Counted from the first letter of the whole stretch, positions 48,794-61,846 are shown. The stretch: DNA of 63,418 nt, filler included, from Aduncisulcus paluster (GCA_024181965.1; 12 parts of 12 records of this genome joined end to end with filler, not necessarily neighbours in it), one strand, 5' to 3'. The notes: generated from the sequence alone by a model not told the origin. Program-made: numbers and translations.

Positions 48794-51700
48794 TTACTTG
48801 ATATTTCTATACATTCTTTTCAATAAAAGTAACGTTTTCAGCATTGTAACATTACATTCACCCTTAATTTCGACAGTTTCATCCCGCACAGAGACAAAGC
48901 AGGCCTCCTTTCCTCCAATGGAATCATTATCGCGGATTTCAATCCCTTCTTCGCCACCATCTTTTTTCATCAGGACACGCATGTCAGCACGCGTCAGACG
49001 ATCCATCACATCCTTTTCGGAAGGATTTCCAATCATAATGCTCTTGTTAGGGGCCTTATCAACACGGTTAAGGATCGTGCTTGAGCCTACATCAGTAATG
49101 GAGTGGAGAGACAAACGTTTCTCTTCCTTTTGCAGCGCTGGCATGATTGAAACTCTATTGAGAGCAGTCCTACGTTTGAAAGGGATGTGAACTACATAAA
49201 AAGGTGCAATGAGAGATGTTTGAATAGTCGGTGAAAATGAAATATCCCTTAGGGAAGTGCCTATATGGTTCTTCGCTTCCATATCATCACTGTGGATGAT
49301 CCCAATGGACTCACACAGATGCCATTTCTTCACAAATGATCCAATGGCTTCGCGGAGAGTTCGAAGATGGATCCCAGTGTCGAAAGGAATCACTCCAATA
49401 TTACGAGGTGCATACTCTGCAACGGAGGTTACACTTCCAACATCTTCAAAGGGGATATAAGCAGAAAATACATTGAGTTTGAGGGCTTCCGGGTGAGATA
49501 AGTGCAATTTAATCTGCATATGAGTCGAAACACCGTGTGTTCCAGACTCTTTCCTCCGAACTATCTCATCCTTCTCTAACGTCTCAGGAACACTTCCAAA
49601 AACCTCCCCTGATATTGTTTTCCTTGTCTGACCTTCAGTAATACTATCCGAAATGGCTGCTTTTGAACTACCACCCACAGATGGACTTACGGTACTCTCA
49701 CCACTGATCAGTAAATCGTCACTCTTGGTACCTCGATCACTTCGCAAGGCAGTATTATCTTCCCTTTTAGATCCAATATGGGCCATCCATTCACGTATCC
49801 AGGGTGACCGCCGACATACAGACTTTGGGAGAGAGTCTGGTTTCAAACACAAAACACTCATATCCGGCCTAACAATTTCACCATTGTAGCAAATATCAAT
49901 TGCTGCCTCAGAGATTTTGCTGGAAACAGATCGAGTGGAATGGGAACGTAATAAATCCTGAATGGAAGCGAGTTCATCATTCGTAAGAGGTTCATTCTCA
50001 GGTAGAGCAAGAATACATGACATATATTGGCGAATACCCTGGGATTCCTTGTCAATATCTCTCTTGGATTCCTTATCGCCATCTCCTCCCACTTCAGATG
50101 GATCCTTTGTGGATTCCTTGGACTCTTCGGGCAAATGTAAAGATTTCTTCTTCTCCTCTCCCTCTTTCTCTTGGGCCTCTTCCTCTTCTTTCAATACAGC
50201 CTCCTCCTCCTCTTCTTCTTCTTCGTCTTTCTTTTTTTCAATGATGGCAATTCCTTCGTTCTCAAGCTTTCTACCCATTTCCTTCACTTCCTTCAGATCT
50301 ACAACAGCTCCAAACATATCACACATCACTATGCTCTCATCGGGGGCAGCCAGTTCTTTTGTTCCTTTCTGGTCCTGATCAATACGTTGACTGGATGAAG
50401 AAGAACGATGCCGCGAAGATGCCCTAAGCTTTGCCGAATGTAACAATTCTTGTTGTCTTTCAACAGTGACATCATCATTACTGGATTCATCGTCAAAGCT
50501 ATCCTCTTCACCGAGTAGTGACTCGCCAAGAGCACCGACATCCCGATCCTTCTTCCTGCGATCTCTTGTGCTTCTCCGCTTTCCAACCCATCCATCAGTT
50601 GTGTACTTGGCATGCTGCCCATCTCCGAACCCATACGTGTGGAGTGGTGGGATAAGGATGCTAGGTTTGAGAGAGTCGACAATTGCTTGTTTTGTCACTG
50701 TATTTGACTGAGATATTAAGGATCCATCCTCTCCGACAACTTGCAGACNNNNNNNNNNNNNNNNNNNNCATCCCGATCCTTCTTCCTGCGATCTCTTGTG
50801 CTTCTCCGCTTTCCAACCCATCCATCAGTTGTGTACTTGGCATGCTGCCCATCTCCGAACCCATACGTGTGGAGTGGTGGGATAAGGATGCTAGGTTTGA
50901 GAGAGTCGACAATTGCTTGTTTTGTCACTGTATTTGACTGAGATATTAAGGATCCATCCTCTCCGACTACTTGCAGACTTCCTCCTGACGAAATGTCTGA
51001 CGTACCAGACCCAGAAAGATCAAGGCTTCTTGCCATATATTGAGTTCCCAGATTCTTCAACGAAGGAGTGTTGTATATTGTCAGTCCACTATCTTTTCTA
51101 TCCACACACTCAACCAAATGCATAGGAGGCAGTGCAGAAGAGTTCTGATGGTAGATTCCACTCTTTAGCTGCAGTTGTGAGTGATCAGCGATAGAGTGCA
51201 ACTTGGAGGAGATAGAGGGGCCTTCTTGAGTGTCGGATGTTGGTTTTGACGTCTCAACTTCTTCTTCCTTTTCTTTCTCCTCTTCTTCTTCCTCTTCTTC
51301 CTCTTCTCCTTCTTGAACCTCCTCTTCTTTCATATCTCTTTTTTCCCTCTGCAACAGAACTTTTAAATGATCACTAATGAAGGTGTCATCTTTTATAATA
51401 ACTGTTATAGGATGATGATTATTTCTACTCTTCTTTCTCAAATGTTCTATTTTGGGAGAAATATCATCATCTTTCGCGGATTCTCGATGACCCTGATCAT
51501 CTCCACAATGACCATCAATAAAATCGGAAGAAACACACACTTCCTCTCCTTTCCACGATGTTTCGAACAACTTACCCTTGAAACTGATTTTCCCCTGATC
51601 TTCTTCTTGTTCTTCATGACTCAAAATAGGATCAGAACCAGTGTGACGGTTTCCACCACCAAATATAGGGAAGAAATAATCCATATATACTTTTTCTTCC

Positions 51701-53457
51701 AAAGGAGACAATCCAAAGGAAGCTGCAGAAGCTTGAGGCCTTTCTTCTCTAAATTGAGGACTTTCTCCTCCACATTCCTCTCCTTCTTCTTTTCCTTCTT
51801 CTCCTTGGCCTTTTCCTTTTTCTTCTTCCTTTCCATCAAGAGAGAACATGGGAGAGGATTGAATAGCGTCCGTCATCTTAGTATATTTAGCCCTCCAATG
51901 AGACACTGGAATAGCTTGATAGACATGTTTCGATGGCTGTTTCAGAAAGGACTTTAAAATGGTAGCACTGAGGCACTCGAGGGGAGGAGAACTGGAAAAG
52001 CTATTGGATGATGTGAAACTCATTCGGTGCAGCATGCAAGATGGTTGGACAAGGAGCACAAAGTTGTTCCCGAGGCCAAAGTTCCCTTCATCAAAAATAT
52101 ATCGACTCAGGCCGTACTCTAAGTATTTCCCAGAAGCGACAACAATTCTTTTGGAGGATCTGTTGGCCGACTTGAGTGAATCTGCAACACGTTTGATCTC
52201 CTCAAAACTCTCGTAGCATTCAACACTGTCCCTGAAGTCAAGATAATTCTTGTTCTTCGTCGAAGAGGGCAAGAGATACGAAAGAATGTTGTTGACGCTT
52301 GTACTCATAGTTGAAATGGTCTGCAGAAGGGCACGGGCTCCACCACAGACAAACATGATCTTCAACGGCATCTCTCTCTCTCGGCGCATCTTCACAAGGA
52401 TAGTAAGGACTTCAACAAGAACGTGGCTCACACCGACGGGAATGAGTACATCCTTCTTGAGGCCATGGAGAACGCTGGAAATGATGGCATAAAGACGCGT
52501 GTCTCTACGGAATGGCTGAATAGAATTCGGGACAGAGTGGACTCGTTGCAAGGTCTCAGATTCCATACCAGTGATCAAAAGGGATGATAAGAACTCAGAA
52601 GAAGGCAAAGAAGCAAGAAGACTTGTTGGAAGCGGTAAAGAAGCTCTTCTGGGTACTTTGCAGATACTTGGAGCATAAACAATGGGATCAAGGAACTTAT
52701 TGCTCTTGAATACCCATACCGTATCTCCAGAACCATTTGGATATGGAATAATCGTTAATTCGGAGAGTTTGCTAACCACCAGACAACGGAGATGAGACGG
52801 GAAAGGAGCATTGGCGGCAGCCTTTGGAACCATCCGAATATCTTCACGAATACTATATTTATGATCAAGACCATACATACAATGCCTCATAAAGGTCGAA
52901 GTATGCTGATTAAAGTTTCCACTGGTTGTTGGAAGAAGTGGAGTAAGGGGCTCGGAATAATGAACTCTAACGGAGGAAAAAAAGGTTAAATCGGCTTCGT
53001 ATTCATCATATGCTATCAAGGATTTAACAGATCCTTTAGGAAGCTTCTTTTCATCCTCATAATGATCTGCGTGAAATTGATGAGTCTTGACGGCATTAAT
53101 CCAAGTAATTCTTGCAACTTGAGCAACAGAATATGGCAAATATATTGGTAAATATCTTCCCAATCTTGCAAATAGAAAGGGTAACCCACCACAAGCGAGA
53201 ATATCAGACGAAGATATGAATACAGCATCAATTGTATTTGCAATCCTATAATACACAAAATAAAACAATGTAAAATCACAATATAACGAAAGAAATTATC
53301 TAAAATAATGCTCAACATACTTCCTAAGCTCTGTAAAATCACTTGAAGCACAGGCTTGAGTTGATAAAGCTCCACAATCAAGCAATAAACGATATCCTTC
53401 AATTTCTAATACACCACCATAGCAATTATCTCGTAATTGTGAGAATTTAACCACCAT
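48794..53457 (-). CDS. CPSF2: CPSF100-like metallo-beta-lactamase/beta-CASP protein (~1450 aa with acidic insertions); intron 53246-53320
   Basis: LEIEGYRLLLDCG, then across a 75-nt GTATGT..TAG phase-2 intron IDAVFISSSDILACGGLP (degenerate metal motif), DVLIPV and LEYGLSRYIF. A gap duplication flanks 50749-50768. Confidence 0.75.
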
Positions 53458-53575
53458 GGTATGCCAAAAGGATAAAATCATTCTAGGGAACTTATAAAAC
53501 CTTTAATACCCAATATTAAGGCAAAATTATTCATTTAACTCTTTTTTAAACAAAACTACAAATTTATTGAATTAT

Positions 53576-54422
53576 TTATTCTTTCCCATCTAACGGGGGA
53601 ATATATATAATGCGAGGAGTTGATTTTTCCCCAGAAAGAGTTTTCATTGAGCCCATTGCCATCCATATATTACCATCTCTTTCTATTATCTCCTGAAAAC
53701 CTGTACTATCAGAATATACAGAACACCTAGTTGACAAGAGGGCTTTTCTCATATTATCCTTGAAAAACAATGGTGGAACCTTACTTTCTTTTCCCGCATC
53801 ATCATCTTCCTCCTCTTCTTCTTCCTCTTCATCACCCATATCTAGGCGGAAAGAAGCAACTGTTGTACATATCGTTGGTAAAATTATTGATAATAGATGA
53901 TCATGAGATGAGAATATTCTACATTCAATATAGAGAGTTAGATATAAATTATCAACTTTAGAAAAACAAAAATCTTCAACAGAACAAAATTGAAGAAACA
54001 CAGACAATATATAATCCTCGGAAAATTCTAATGTAGGAATAATATTACTTGAGATGTCATCTGGTCCTGTGCGGAAATATTTTGAATTAAATTTGGTTTT
54101 TGAGGTCTTAAAAGACACATCATCATAGACAAAATCTAGAATCATAATAACGGAAAAAATAAGATCAAAGAGGCTACAACTAGTGGAGAACAAGGAAAAG
54201 ATCGAAATACATACTTATAAGTTGTTTCATTTCCACAGAATGGAGATATGGTTTGACTTCACTATGAATACCACATATGGCTGTAATATCACTATCTATT
54301 GATGCAAATACAGAACTAAATGCTGTTTTAACCGTGCCTATTGTTAAAGTAAGATCCAACATTATTTCAATGGTGCCAGAAGACAGATTTTTTTGTTACT
54401 CAATGTAGTCTTTTGAATTCAT
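53576..54422 (-). CDS. Divergent exosome RNase-PH ring subunit (Rrp42/43/45 group); intron 54136-54214
   Basis: LTIGTVKTAFSSVFASI...TAICGIHSEV and FCF...LTLYIECRIFSSHDHLL. A GTATGT..CTAG phase-1 intron restores the frame. The start is uncertain (54362 or 54422). Confidence 0.55.
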
Positions 54423-54544
54423 TCATTTGAAAGGTCTTATCAGATATTAGCTTGAGCAATAATTCAATATTTATTCTTTTTTCATTCCTTTTTTCATCAA
54501 TAACCATTTCAACAAAATTCTCTTGCATTTTGTGTCGTTCTCAA

Positions 54545-55142
54545 ATGATTAGATCTTTCCAATCCCTTTTACAAAGAGCTTTTGGTATGTTGATCTTCTA
54601 TACATCAATATTGTCATCACTGTGCTCAGTTTCATGCGCATATATCCATGTTATTATGGTTGGGTGATGATTGCTTATCATCAATTGCATCTTATCGATA
54701 TTTTATTTACATACTGATTCTTTTCTCTCATTTATTACGATTTTTGTTCATGACAAATGATATGTTAGCCACCGTTCGTTTCACTTCTTCCCACGAATAC
54801 GTGTCCATCGATGGTGATGTGGCCACTCTCGGTGTTACAACATTTGCTGCTGGACATCTCGGTGAAGTTGTTCATGCTGATCTCCCCGAAGTTGGAATGG
54901 AATTTGAACAAGGTGAAGCTGTCGGTGCTTTGGAGTCTGTCAAGGCTGCTGCTGACGTTATGACCCCTTTTTCCGGTTCCGTCATTGCTATTAATGAGCG
55001 TCTTGAGGATAATCCCTCCCTTATCAACGAAGACCCCGAGAACGAAGGTTGGATGTGTCGTATCAAGATCTCTGGTGTTGAAGGTGACGACCTTATGGAT
55101 GAAGCTGCTTACGCTAAATTTAAAGAGGAAGAAGGCCACTAA
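54545..55142 (+). CDS. gcvH: Glycine cleavage system H protein (137 aa) with an organelle presequence; intron 54585-54768
   Basis: RFTSSHEY, LGEVVHADLP, lipoyl-Lys ESVKAA and INEDPENEGW. Exon 1 (MIRSFQSLLQRAF) is spliced in frame by GTATGT..TTAG. Confidence 0.95.
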
Positions 55143-55491
55143 GTTCGAGATTTCAAGAATATTTTGTCCGATATTTGTTTTTCCCATATCATATGTCTCA
55201 ATGATTGAGAATCCCTTATATCATTATTTATGTCTTCCCTTCTTATCAAAGTTGAGTCTGCAATTACCATCCCGTTCCAAATCGAAATAAATATAATCTT
55301 TTCATGTCAAATAGACATGGCATATGTGTATTCTTTTTCCTCAGCTTGAATAGAAGTAAATACAAATAATATAAAATATATCATTGATGATTGGTAGTTT
55401 ATAGTTAATGTAACTTGCTAACAACTGATATTAATAATTTTTCCAATCAAAAATTATAAAACGTCACGTTTTGAGTGATATTAGAAGATAA

Positions 55492-56927
55492 ATGGATCCT
55501 TTTGATGAGCTTTTAAGCGAATTCAAAGATATGATGGGAGATATCGGTTTAGATATTGAACCTGACATACGGATTATGGAGGAAGAAGAATTGTTAGAAA
55601 AAGGACTCATTGAGGATGCAGAAGAGAAATTAGAAAAAGAATTGAAAGAAAAACACGAAGAATATTTAATCGACAAAGATGAAATTGATAATGATATTAT
55701 AGAGAAAGAAATTGATGAAGAGGATAAGGATCACTTTGAAATTCACGATGCAACTCCTAAAAATTCTTCTCCTGTCTCTGAAACAAAAGAATATGATTTG
55801 TGGCAACAAGAATTTAACTTATTAACGTTAAAACAGAAGTTTTATGACCGGCGTGATGTTGAACGCCGAGCTTTGCTCCATCATTTTGAGTTATCTTCTC
55901 TGAGAGAACATGTTGCAGTAGAATTTATACACAAATCGGCCATCCGATTGATTGAAAAAGCTTGGCAATCATATAAAATGTTCCATAATTTTCGATATAC
56001 ATGTGAAAAAAGGATTGTCGAGAGAGAAGAACAAAGAAGAATGTCAGAAGAACGAACAAAGAAATGTAAAGAACTTGAAGAACGAAGTAAGAAGGAAGAA
56101 GAATATAAGATACGATGGGTAACTCAAAAGAAACGAAAAGAACAAGAGTTTCAATCATTAAAACGTCAATTATATAGCTTATCAATTAAAGAATTTGACC
56201 AATTTTCGACACCCTTCAAGTCCCATTATTTTACTTCACAAGAGGTTGTGACTCTTAGTTTTATTCTTCCTGACACCCAACCCACTCCCTTCCTCTCTTT
56301 CTCTTTCTACCCTCTTCTCTCCACCACTTTATCCCACAAGTTCCTCTCAGAATATGTTAAACCATCCATGCTTCGCAAACTGACCGATTTTGAGGCCTCG
56401 ACATTCCACTCTTTCACGAAAGTCTCCTCTTCCTCCTCTTCCTCCTCTTCCTCTTCCTCTTCCTCCTCTTTATATTCGGAGTCTCACCCTATATCTCCTC
56501 AAAGAGTTCAAAGAGCCCCTGATCAACGTGAGGTAAGTCTCGCCCGATATATTACTGTGAAAGGAGAGGATAATAGCATCTTATCGATTATGAATAGGTA
56601 TTCAAACCTTATCAAGTTATCCAGATCTTTTCAATCTGATCTTGACTCTAACGACTCTGAATTTGATGCAGTCTCTGGCTTATTCCCATTTTCATCTTCC
56701 CTTTCCGTTTCATTCAAACATTTTCCTCCAAACTTAAAGGATATTCCAATTAATAATGAAGAAGATAAACACTCTTATATTGATTCTATTGGAAATCTTG
56801 TCAATTCTCTTGAGGTTCTTGGGAATTTGGTATCTAAAATTAGATCATCCCCGTTCGTTGGAGATGGTGTTCCAAAAATAGCTTCACAGATTAAAACGTC
56901 GGTCTCACAACTATTTTTAGTTGCTTC
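55492..56927 (+). CDS. Acidic coiled-coil protein with an IQ-like motif, 3'-truncated
   Basis: Long ORF containing SAIRLIEKAWQSYKM. Confidence 0.7.
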
Positions 56928-57027
56928 NNNNNNNNNNNNNNNNNNNNNNNNNNNNNNNNNNNNNNNNNNNNTTAATTAATTAANNNNNNNNNNNNNNNNN
57001 NNNNNNNNNNNNNNNNNNNNNNNNNNN

Positions 57028-58128
57028 GTAATAACTTCTCAGCCCCATCGCTTTCAATTCCTATCTTCTTACCATCATAAATACTTGCGAAACACTCTGA
57101 ATCCGACATCTCGTCTTCAGTTAAAACAATATCATCCCTCTCGTCTTCGGAACAATATAACGTTAACATTATTTCCAATAATTTAGGTTTTACCAAGCTG
57201 ACCCATAACTGTTTACCACCTTTCGCCTTATAAATTTTGTACTTCTCGACGAAATCCTTCCATTTCGATTTCGACATAGTAACAAGAAAGGGTGGTTCTA
57301 AATCTGTTCTTAACATAATTAATCAGTGAATTCACTGTTGATTACTGTTATACAATAATTCTCGAGTTCAAATTTATTATTCTAAATGTTCTTGTCAAGC
57401 TTTCCCGGTGACAAGTTGGTTGACACCTCGTCACCCAATACTGTTAACTCCATTCCTTAAATTACTTCTAACAGCTTAATATTAATACATAATTAACAAT
57501 TATAAGTTATTATAATTCGTTAATCCCAAACATCATTTGAATAGAGATAGAACTTCTTATCTAAAGAATAAAAACAAGCAGAATAATAATAATATTAGTA
57601 TTTGTGAACAAACAGAATAAATGCGAATTTCAAGGAAAACAGTCCGAGAAACAAAGACAAAACGAACAAAACGAACAAGAAACGACCACACAGCATAATA
57701 TAGTGAGTATAATTGAATGAATCCGGTTAAAATATTTCTTAATATACATTTAATAAAAGATGTGACATATATTAAACATACAATTTGCTCTAAAAGCGGG
57801 AAAAGATGGCCACCAAACTTACAACCCTCGATTGACAACCTTGGAAATTGATATCGCATAATATATACATAAAAATATATGAACATTTTCTTTCTATCAT
57901 ATGTTGCATGCCATCCTTGTGACTCCACTCCTGATACAAAATCGTTTCATAAGTCCCTGTTTTATTTATATATTGGATTCTAAAGTGACAAAATCCCAAG
58001 GTTATGAGCCCTCTTCTTACGTCGCCTATGTGTCTATCTATCTCAGATATGGAAGGCTTCAAGCCTGTTTTCTGTTTGGAAGTTCCAAACTCCCGGTTTG
58101 GGCGGAGTCCGCCTGGAGAAAATGAAGC
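57028..58128 (-). mobile_element. Probable 5' end of an LTR retrotransposon: LTR-like region, PBS-like site and start of a gag-like ORF (57316-57028)
   Basis: The minus strand reads ...TTAACA-GTAT-TGGGTGACGAGG (57437-57426), similar to Gypsy TGG(C/T)GACGAGG primer sites. It lies ~110 bp before ORF MLRTDLEPPFL..WKDFVEKYKIYKAKGG. Confidence 0.45.
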
Positions 58129-58228
58129 NNNNNNNNNNNNNNNNNNNNNNNNNNNNNNNNNNNNNNNNNNNNTTAATTAATTAANNNNNNNNNNNNNNNN
58201 NNNNNNNNNNNNNNNNNNNNNNNNNNNN

Positions 58229-58476
58229 CTTGGTCTGTTACAAGCTCTATTTATATTCGTGTTGCCAATACTCCCCTTTATAGTTGTGTTAACCCCGATA
58301 TTTGGTACGGTGATGATTTCTTTGCTCTTCTTCTTGAGTATAAATTCCTTGGAAATTTCATGCCATCTGATTGGGACTCTGAATCAGACCTTGATATTGA
58401 TGCTTTTGATGCTGAAGAGAATGTTTTTCTTCATTTCTATGATTTTGCCCCAGCTTCGAATTCATGTCTAGCTTAA
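58229..58476 (+). CDS. C-terminal fragment of a BPI/LBP-like tandem paralogue (not in the ORF track)
   Basis: WSVTSS...NPDIWYGDDFFALLLEYKF...NSCLA* aligns with the C-terminus of the downstream gene, WSVNDN...EPDVWYGEDFFALLVNYRF...NSCLA*. Confidence 0.8.
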
Positions 58477-59295
58477 TTATTCACTTTATATATGTATATT
58501 TTCACTTTCGTTGTGGTATGGCGAGGATTTCTTCGCTCTACTTGTCAATTATAGGTCCTAACTCTTAAAACATGTCTTTATTTCCTATTTCCTCTTTTGA
58601 CCGAAATTTATTTTTAGTTTGTTTTGGCTTTCTTGATTTATTGCTATTTTATTATTTTGACCCATTTATTTATAGAACTGAATGTCCCTTTGTTTTCCTC
58701 GATGCTTTCTTAGGTTTCATGTGTTTCCTCCCTCTGAATGTGTGTTTGTTTTTTGTCTTCTTTTGTTTTTCTCTCCCTTGTTGATACTTTCGATTTTCAA
58801 ATATTGTTATTGTCGGTACCCTTTTATTTGTTTTTCTCTTGTAGTTCTTTTATCATTGTTATTCACTGTGTATTTAACCATATTCTCCTCCCTTTGCTGA
58901 TTTTTTGTGCTGAAGAACTACCACTGCTATTACCATATCTATAAATAAATCCAGGAATTCTAATCTATTTTTAAGATTAATGATGCATTTAATTAATTGA
59001 AGGCTACTTATTTAGTCGCTCAGAGAAAATCGAAGTTTCCACTCGAAAATTGGGGTTTAAAAATACCAAAAATGATGTGAAGGGAATTCATTTTGCAATT
59101 AAAACCGATTTTCGGTAAAACTCAAGAGATCTATTTTTTAGAAAATGAGGGATATCAATTTCACTTCAATTCGATCTCAACACACTCCGGCGAACAACTA
59201 TTGATAGTTTTCTTGCCTATCCTGTTGTGTTGAGCACTTTTAAGATATTTTTGGTTTTTATACGATTTTTTTATATTTGAATATTAAATTATATT

Positions 59296-61245
59296 ATGCA
59301 TTCCCACGGTTTCTTCAGTGATTTTCTATATCGCTCACGATTGTGGCCTCTACTATTATTATCTCTTTTTATTTCGGCTTTTCAAACTCTACTCCCTACT
59401 ACTTATATAACGACGACACAACATGGATTAAATGCCATTGCAGTTCCATATTCACAAGAAATCATTGAGAGTTGATATCTCAGGATATTCCTGGTTTTCA
59501 CTTTCAAAATGATCTGTACAAAATTAATGTTACTGATATTTTCTTTGAAGGAGCCTCTGTTGGAGATTTTACCATCGATCTTGAAGAAGGAGCCTTGCTA
59601 ATTCAAACTGACACTTTATCCTTTGAATTAGCCTTCAATTTCGCTTTTAAAATGTTAGTTTATCCGTATACATATGATTCTGCCGATATTTTACTCACTG
59701 CTGCTCAGACATCTATATTTCTTGATGCTTTTTTTTATATTGCTGATAATCACTGTTATTCTATTAATGTTTCTGCAATTAACATAACTTTTGGCACGTT
59801 TGATATGACTTCTAGTGATAGTTCTGAACTTTTCAATGATATTTTGAGTGCTGTCTCTTCTGTTCTGGCAGTTGCTCTGCAAGAAGAGGTTAATACCCAA
59901 TTTGCTGCCCTTATTACTCAGGTTGCGGGTGAATTTATGGGATGTGCTGTATGTATCATTATGGATCGGCCTTATGGAATGTATATCGATAACCGAATGA
60001 CGTATGATCCTCCGATTTATGATGGTTATTATACACAACCGAAATCTGAGATATATTATGATGGCACTCAAGAAGGATTTTATCAGGTAGATCCAGATAC
60101 ATACACGGAATTACCAGCAATCATTGATTCAAGCGATTTGCAAACGATTATGAAACCTGATTTCCTAGCTTCTGCATTCCATGCGTACAACCGCATTGAT
60201 GGGTTCTTCCACTATGAAATTGAAGCGAATGATCTCACTAACTTCCCTTTCCCCTTCACCCTCGCCACTCTCGAGCAAATGTTCTCCTCTTTGCCGCAAT
60301 GCGTCTCCTCTCTACCCGATTCCACACCTCTTCGTGCCGTGTTTGACCTTGGGAGCGATCCCGACGTGTCCATGATGCCGGGTGCACTCAGTGTGACGAC
60401 GAATGATTTTGTCATATCCTTACAGGTCCAGGATACTCAAGGGACCTGTTCGTCGGCCGGATCTTCCTCCTCTTCCTCTTCCTCTTCCTCGTCCACCGAT
60501 TCTTGGGTTGAAGTGGTTTCTGCCCCGTTGGAAGTGATCATTGCCGCTGTGCCTCCTCGCCACTCTCGAGCAAATGTTCTCCTCTTTGCCGCAATGCGTC
60601 TCCTCTCTACCCGATTCCACACCTCTTCGTGCCGTGTTTGACCTTGGGAGCGATCCCGACGTGTCCATGATGCCGGGTGCACTCAGTGTGACGACGAATG
60701 ATTTTGTCATATCCTTACAGGTCCAGGATACTCAAGGGACCTGTTCGTCGGCCGGATCTTCCTCCTCTTCCTCTTCCTCTTCCTCGTCCACCGATTCTTG
60801 GGTTGAAGTGGTTTCTGCCCCGTTGGAAGTGATCATTGCCGCTGTGCCTACTCCCACTCTCGACAGCGACACCCAAGCCGTTCTGAGGTGTAATTTTGTT
60901 TTCAATGTCTATCAAGCCATCCTTCTTGACGACTCGTCCATGCCTCCTCTCACCAATGTCTCTGCATTTGAACTGTTTAGTTCCGTATTACTCGATTATT
61001 CTCTCTCCGGTAGTCTCTCTTCTTGGTCTGTTAATGATAATGTTGTAGTTCCTGTTGATCACTCTTCAATGTATGATTATATTGAACCAGATGTGTGGTA
61101 TGGCGAGGATTTCTTCGCTCTACTTGTCAATTACAGGTTCAATAATGAGGGTGCACTTGCCTCTTTAAAGAAATCATATGACGACTGTGGAGAGGTCTAT
61201 TTGGATTATTTCAATGATCCACTACCGAATTCTTGTTTGGCCTAA
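59296..61245 (+). CDS. BPI/LBP (TULIP) family secreted protein; 1-nt frameshift at ~59472 and an artefactual ~295-bp internal duplication
   Basis: Signal LWPLLLLSLFISAF, then TTTQHGLNAIA...DIPGFHF..KINVTDI. 60260-60550 is repeated at 60555-60849. Confidence 0.7.
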
Positions 61246-61846
61246 TTTATATTTTTTAGCGAATTATTTTATTTTGTAAGATCATCACTCTATTGGTATC
61301 CGAGTGATTATCTTTTAGTATATTTATTCTATTTATTTATTTATTATTTATTTATTCTATTTCTGTCTTTTTTTCCTGTATATAAATCTCCATTCGATGC
61401 CTACCAAGTCCCAAAACTCTGTGTTTATTTGTTGAAGCTCGAAAGTTTTATTATTTTTAGTGATATTGTCTGCACCAAGTTTGTTCTCCCTCGGTTCTTG
61501 TTGTTCTCTTTTTCTATGTTTTTTTTAAAGGTTATATATAAATATATTTATATTTATGGATGTTTCCTGCTTGCTTATCTTTGTGTCTATCATCGGTATA
61601 TTTGACCAGCCTTCGATTCTGTTTAGTGGCACAAGATTAACCTCGAAGAACCACAACTGCGATTACCAATAATATGTCATATTGAATGTGAAATAAAATC
61701 CAAGAATCCCAATTATGTTGTGACTATCCACTGAAGCTAATGATAATTATTTGTCAATATCCAAACTTCATTCAATTGAGTCGGTCTATCCGAGTTCTAA
61801 TATGCAAAGTATTATTGTTGGTATTATTAGATCAATATGTTCTTGT

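Noticed and set aside
1167-50980. 180-450 bp direct repeats flanking 20-N gaps (1348, 3677, 9087, 13249, 16414, 17603, 20507, 25768, 39178, 50749)
   Set aside because: They are near-identical copies always centred on a gap: unmerged contig overlaps, not biological duplications.
60257-60849. ~295-bp tandem duplication inside the BPI-like gene
   Set aside because: It is an identical copy that breaks the frame and falls in the same size class as the gap-overlap artefacts.
945-61245. Alternative genetic code (TAA/TAG = Gln, as in hexamitid diplomonads), suggested by isolated in-frame TAA codons
   Set aside because: Well-defined genes (gcvH, Hop1, CLN5-like, both BPI paralogues) end at TAA, and long ORFs are free of TAR codons.
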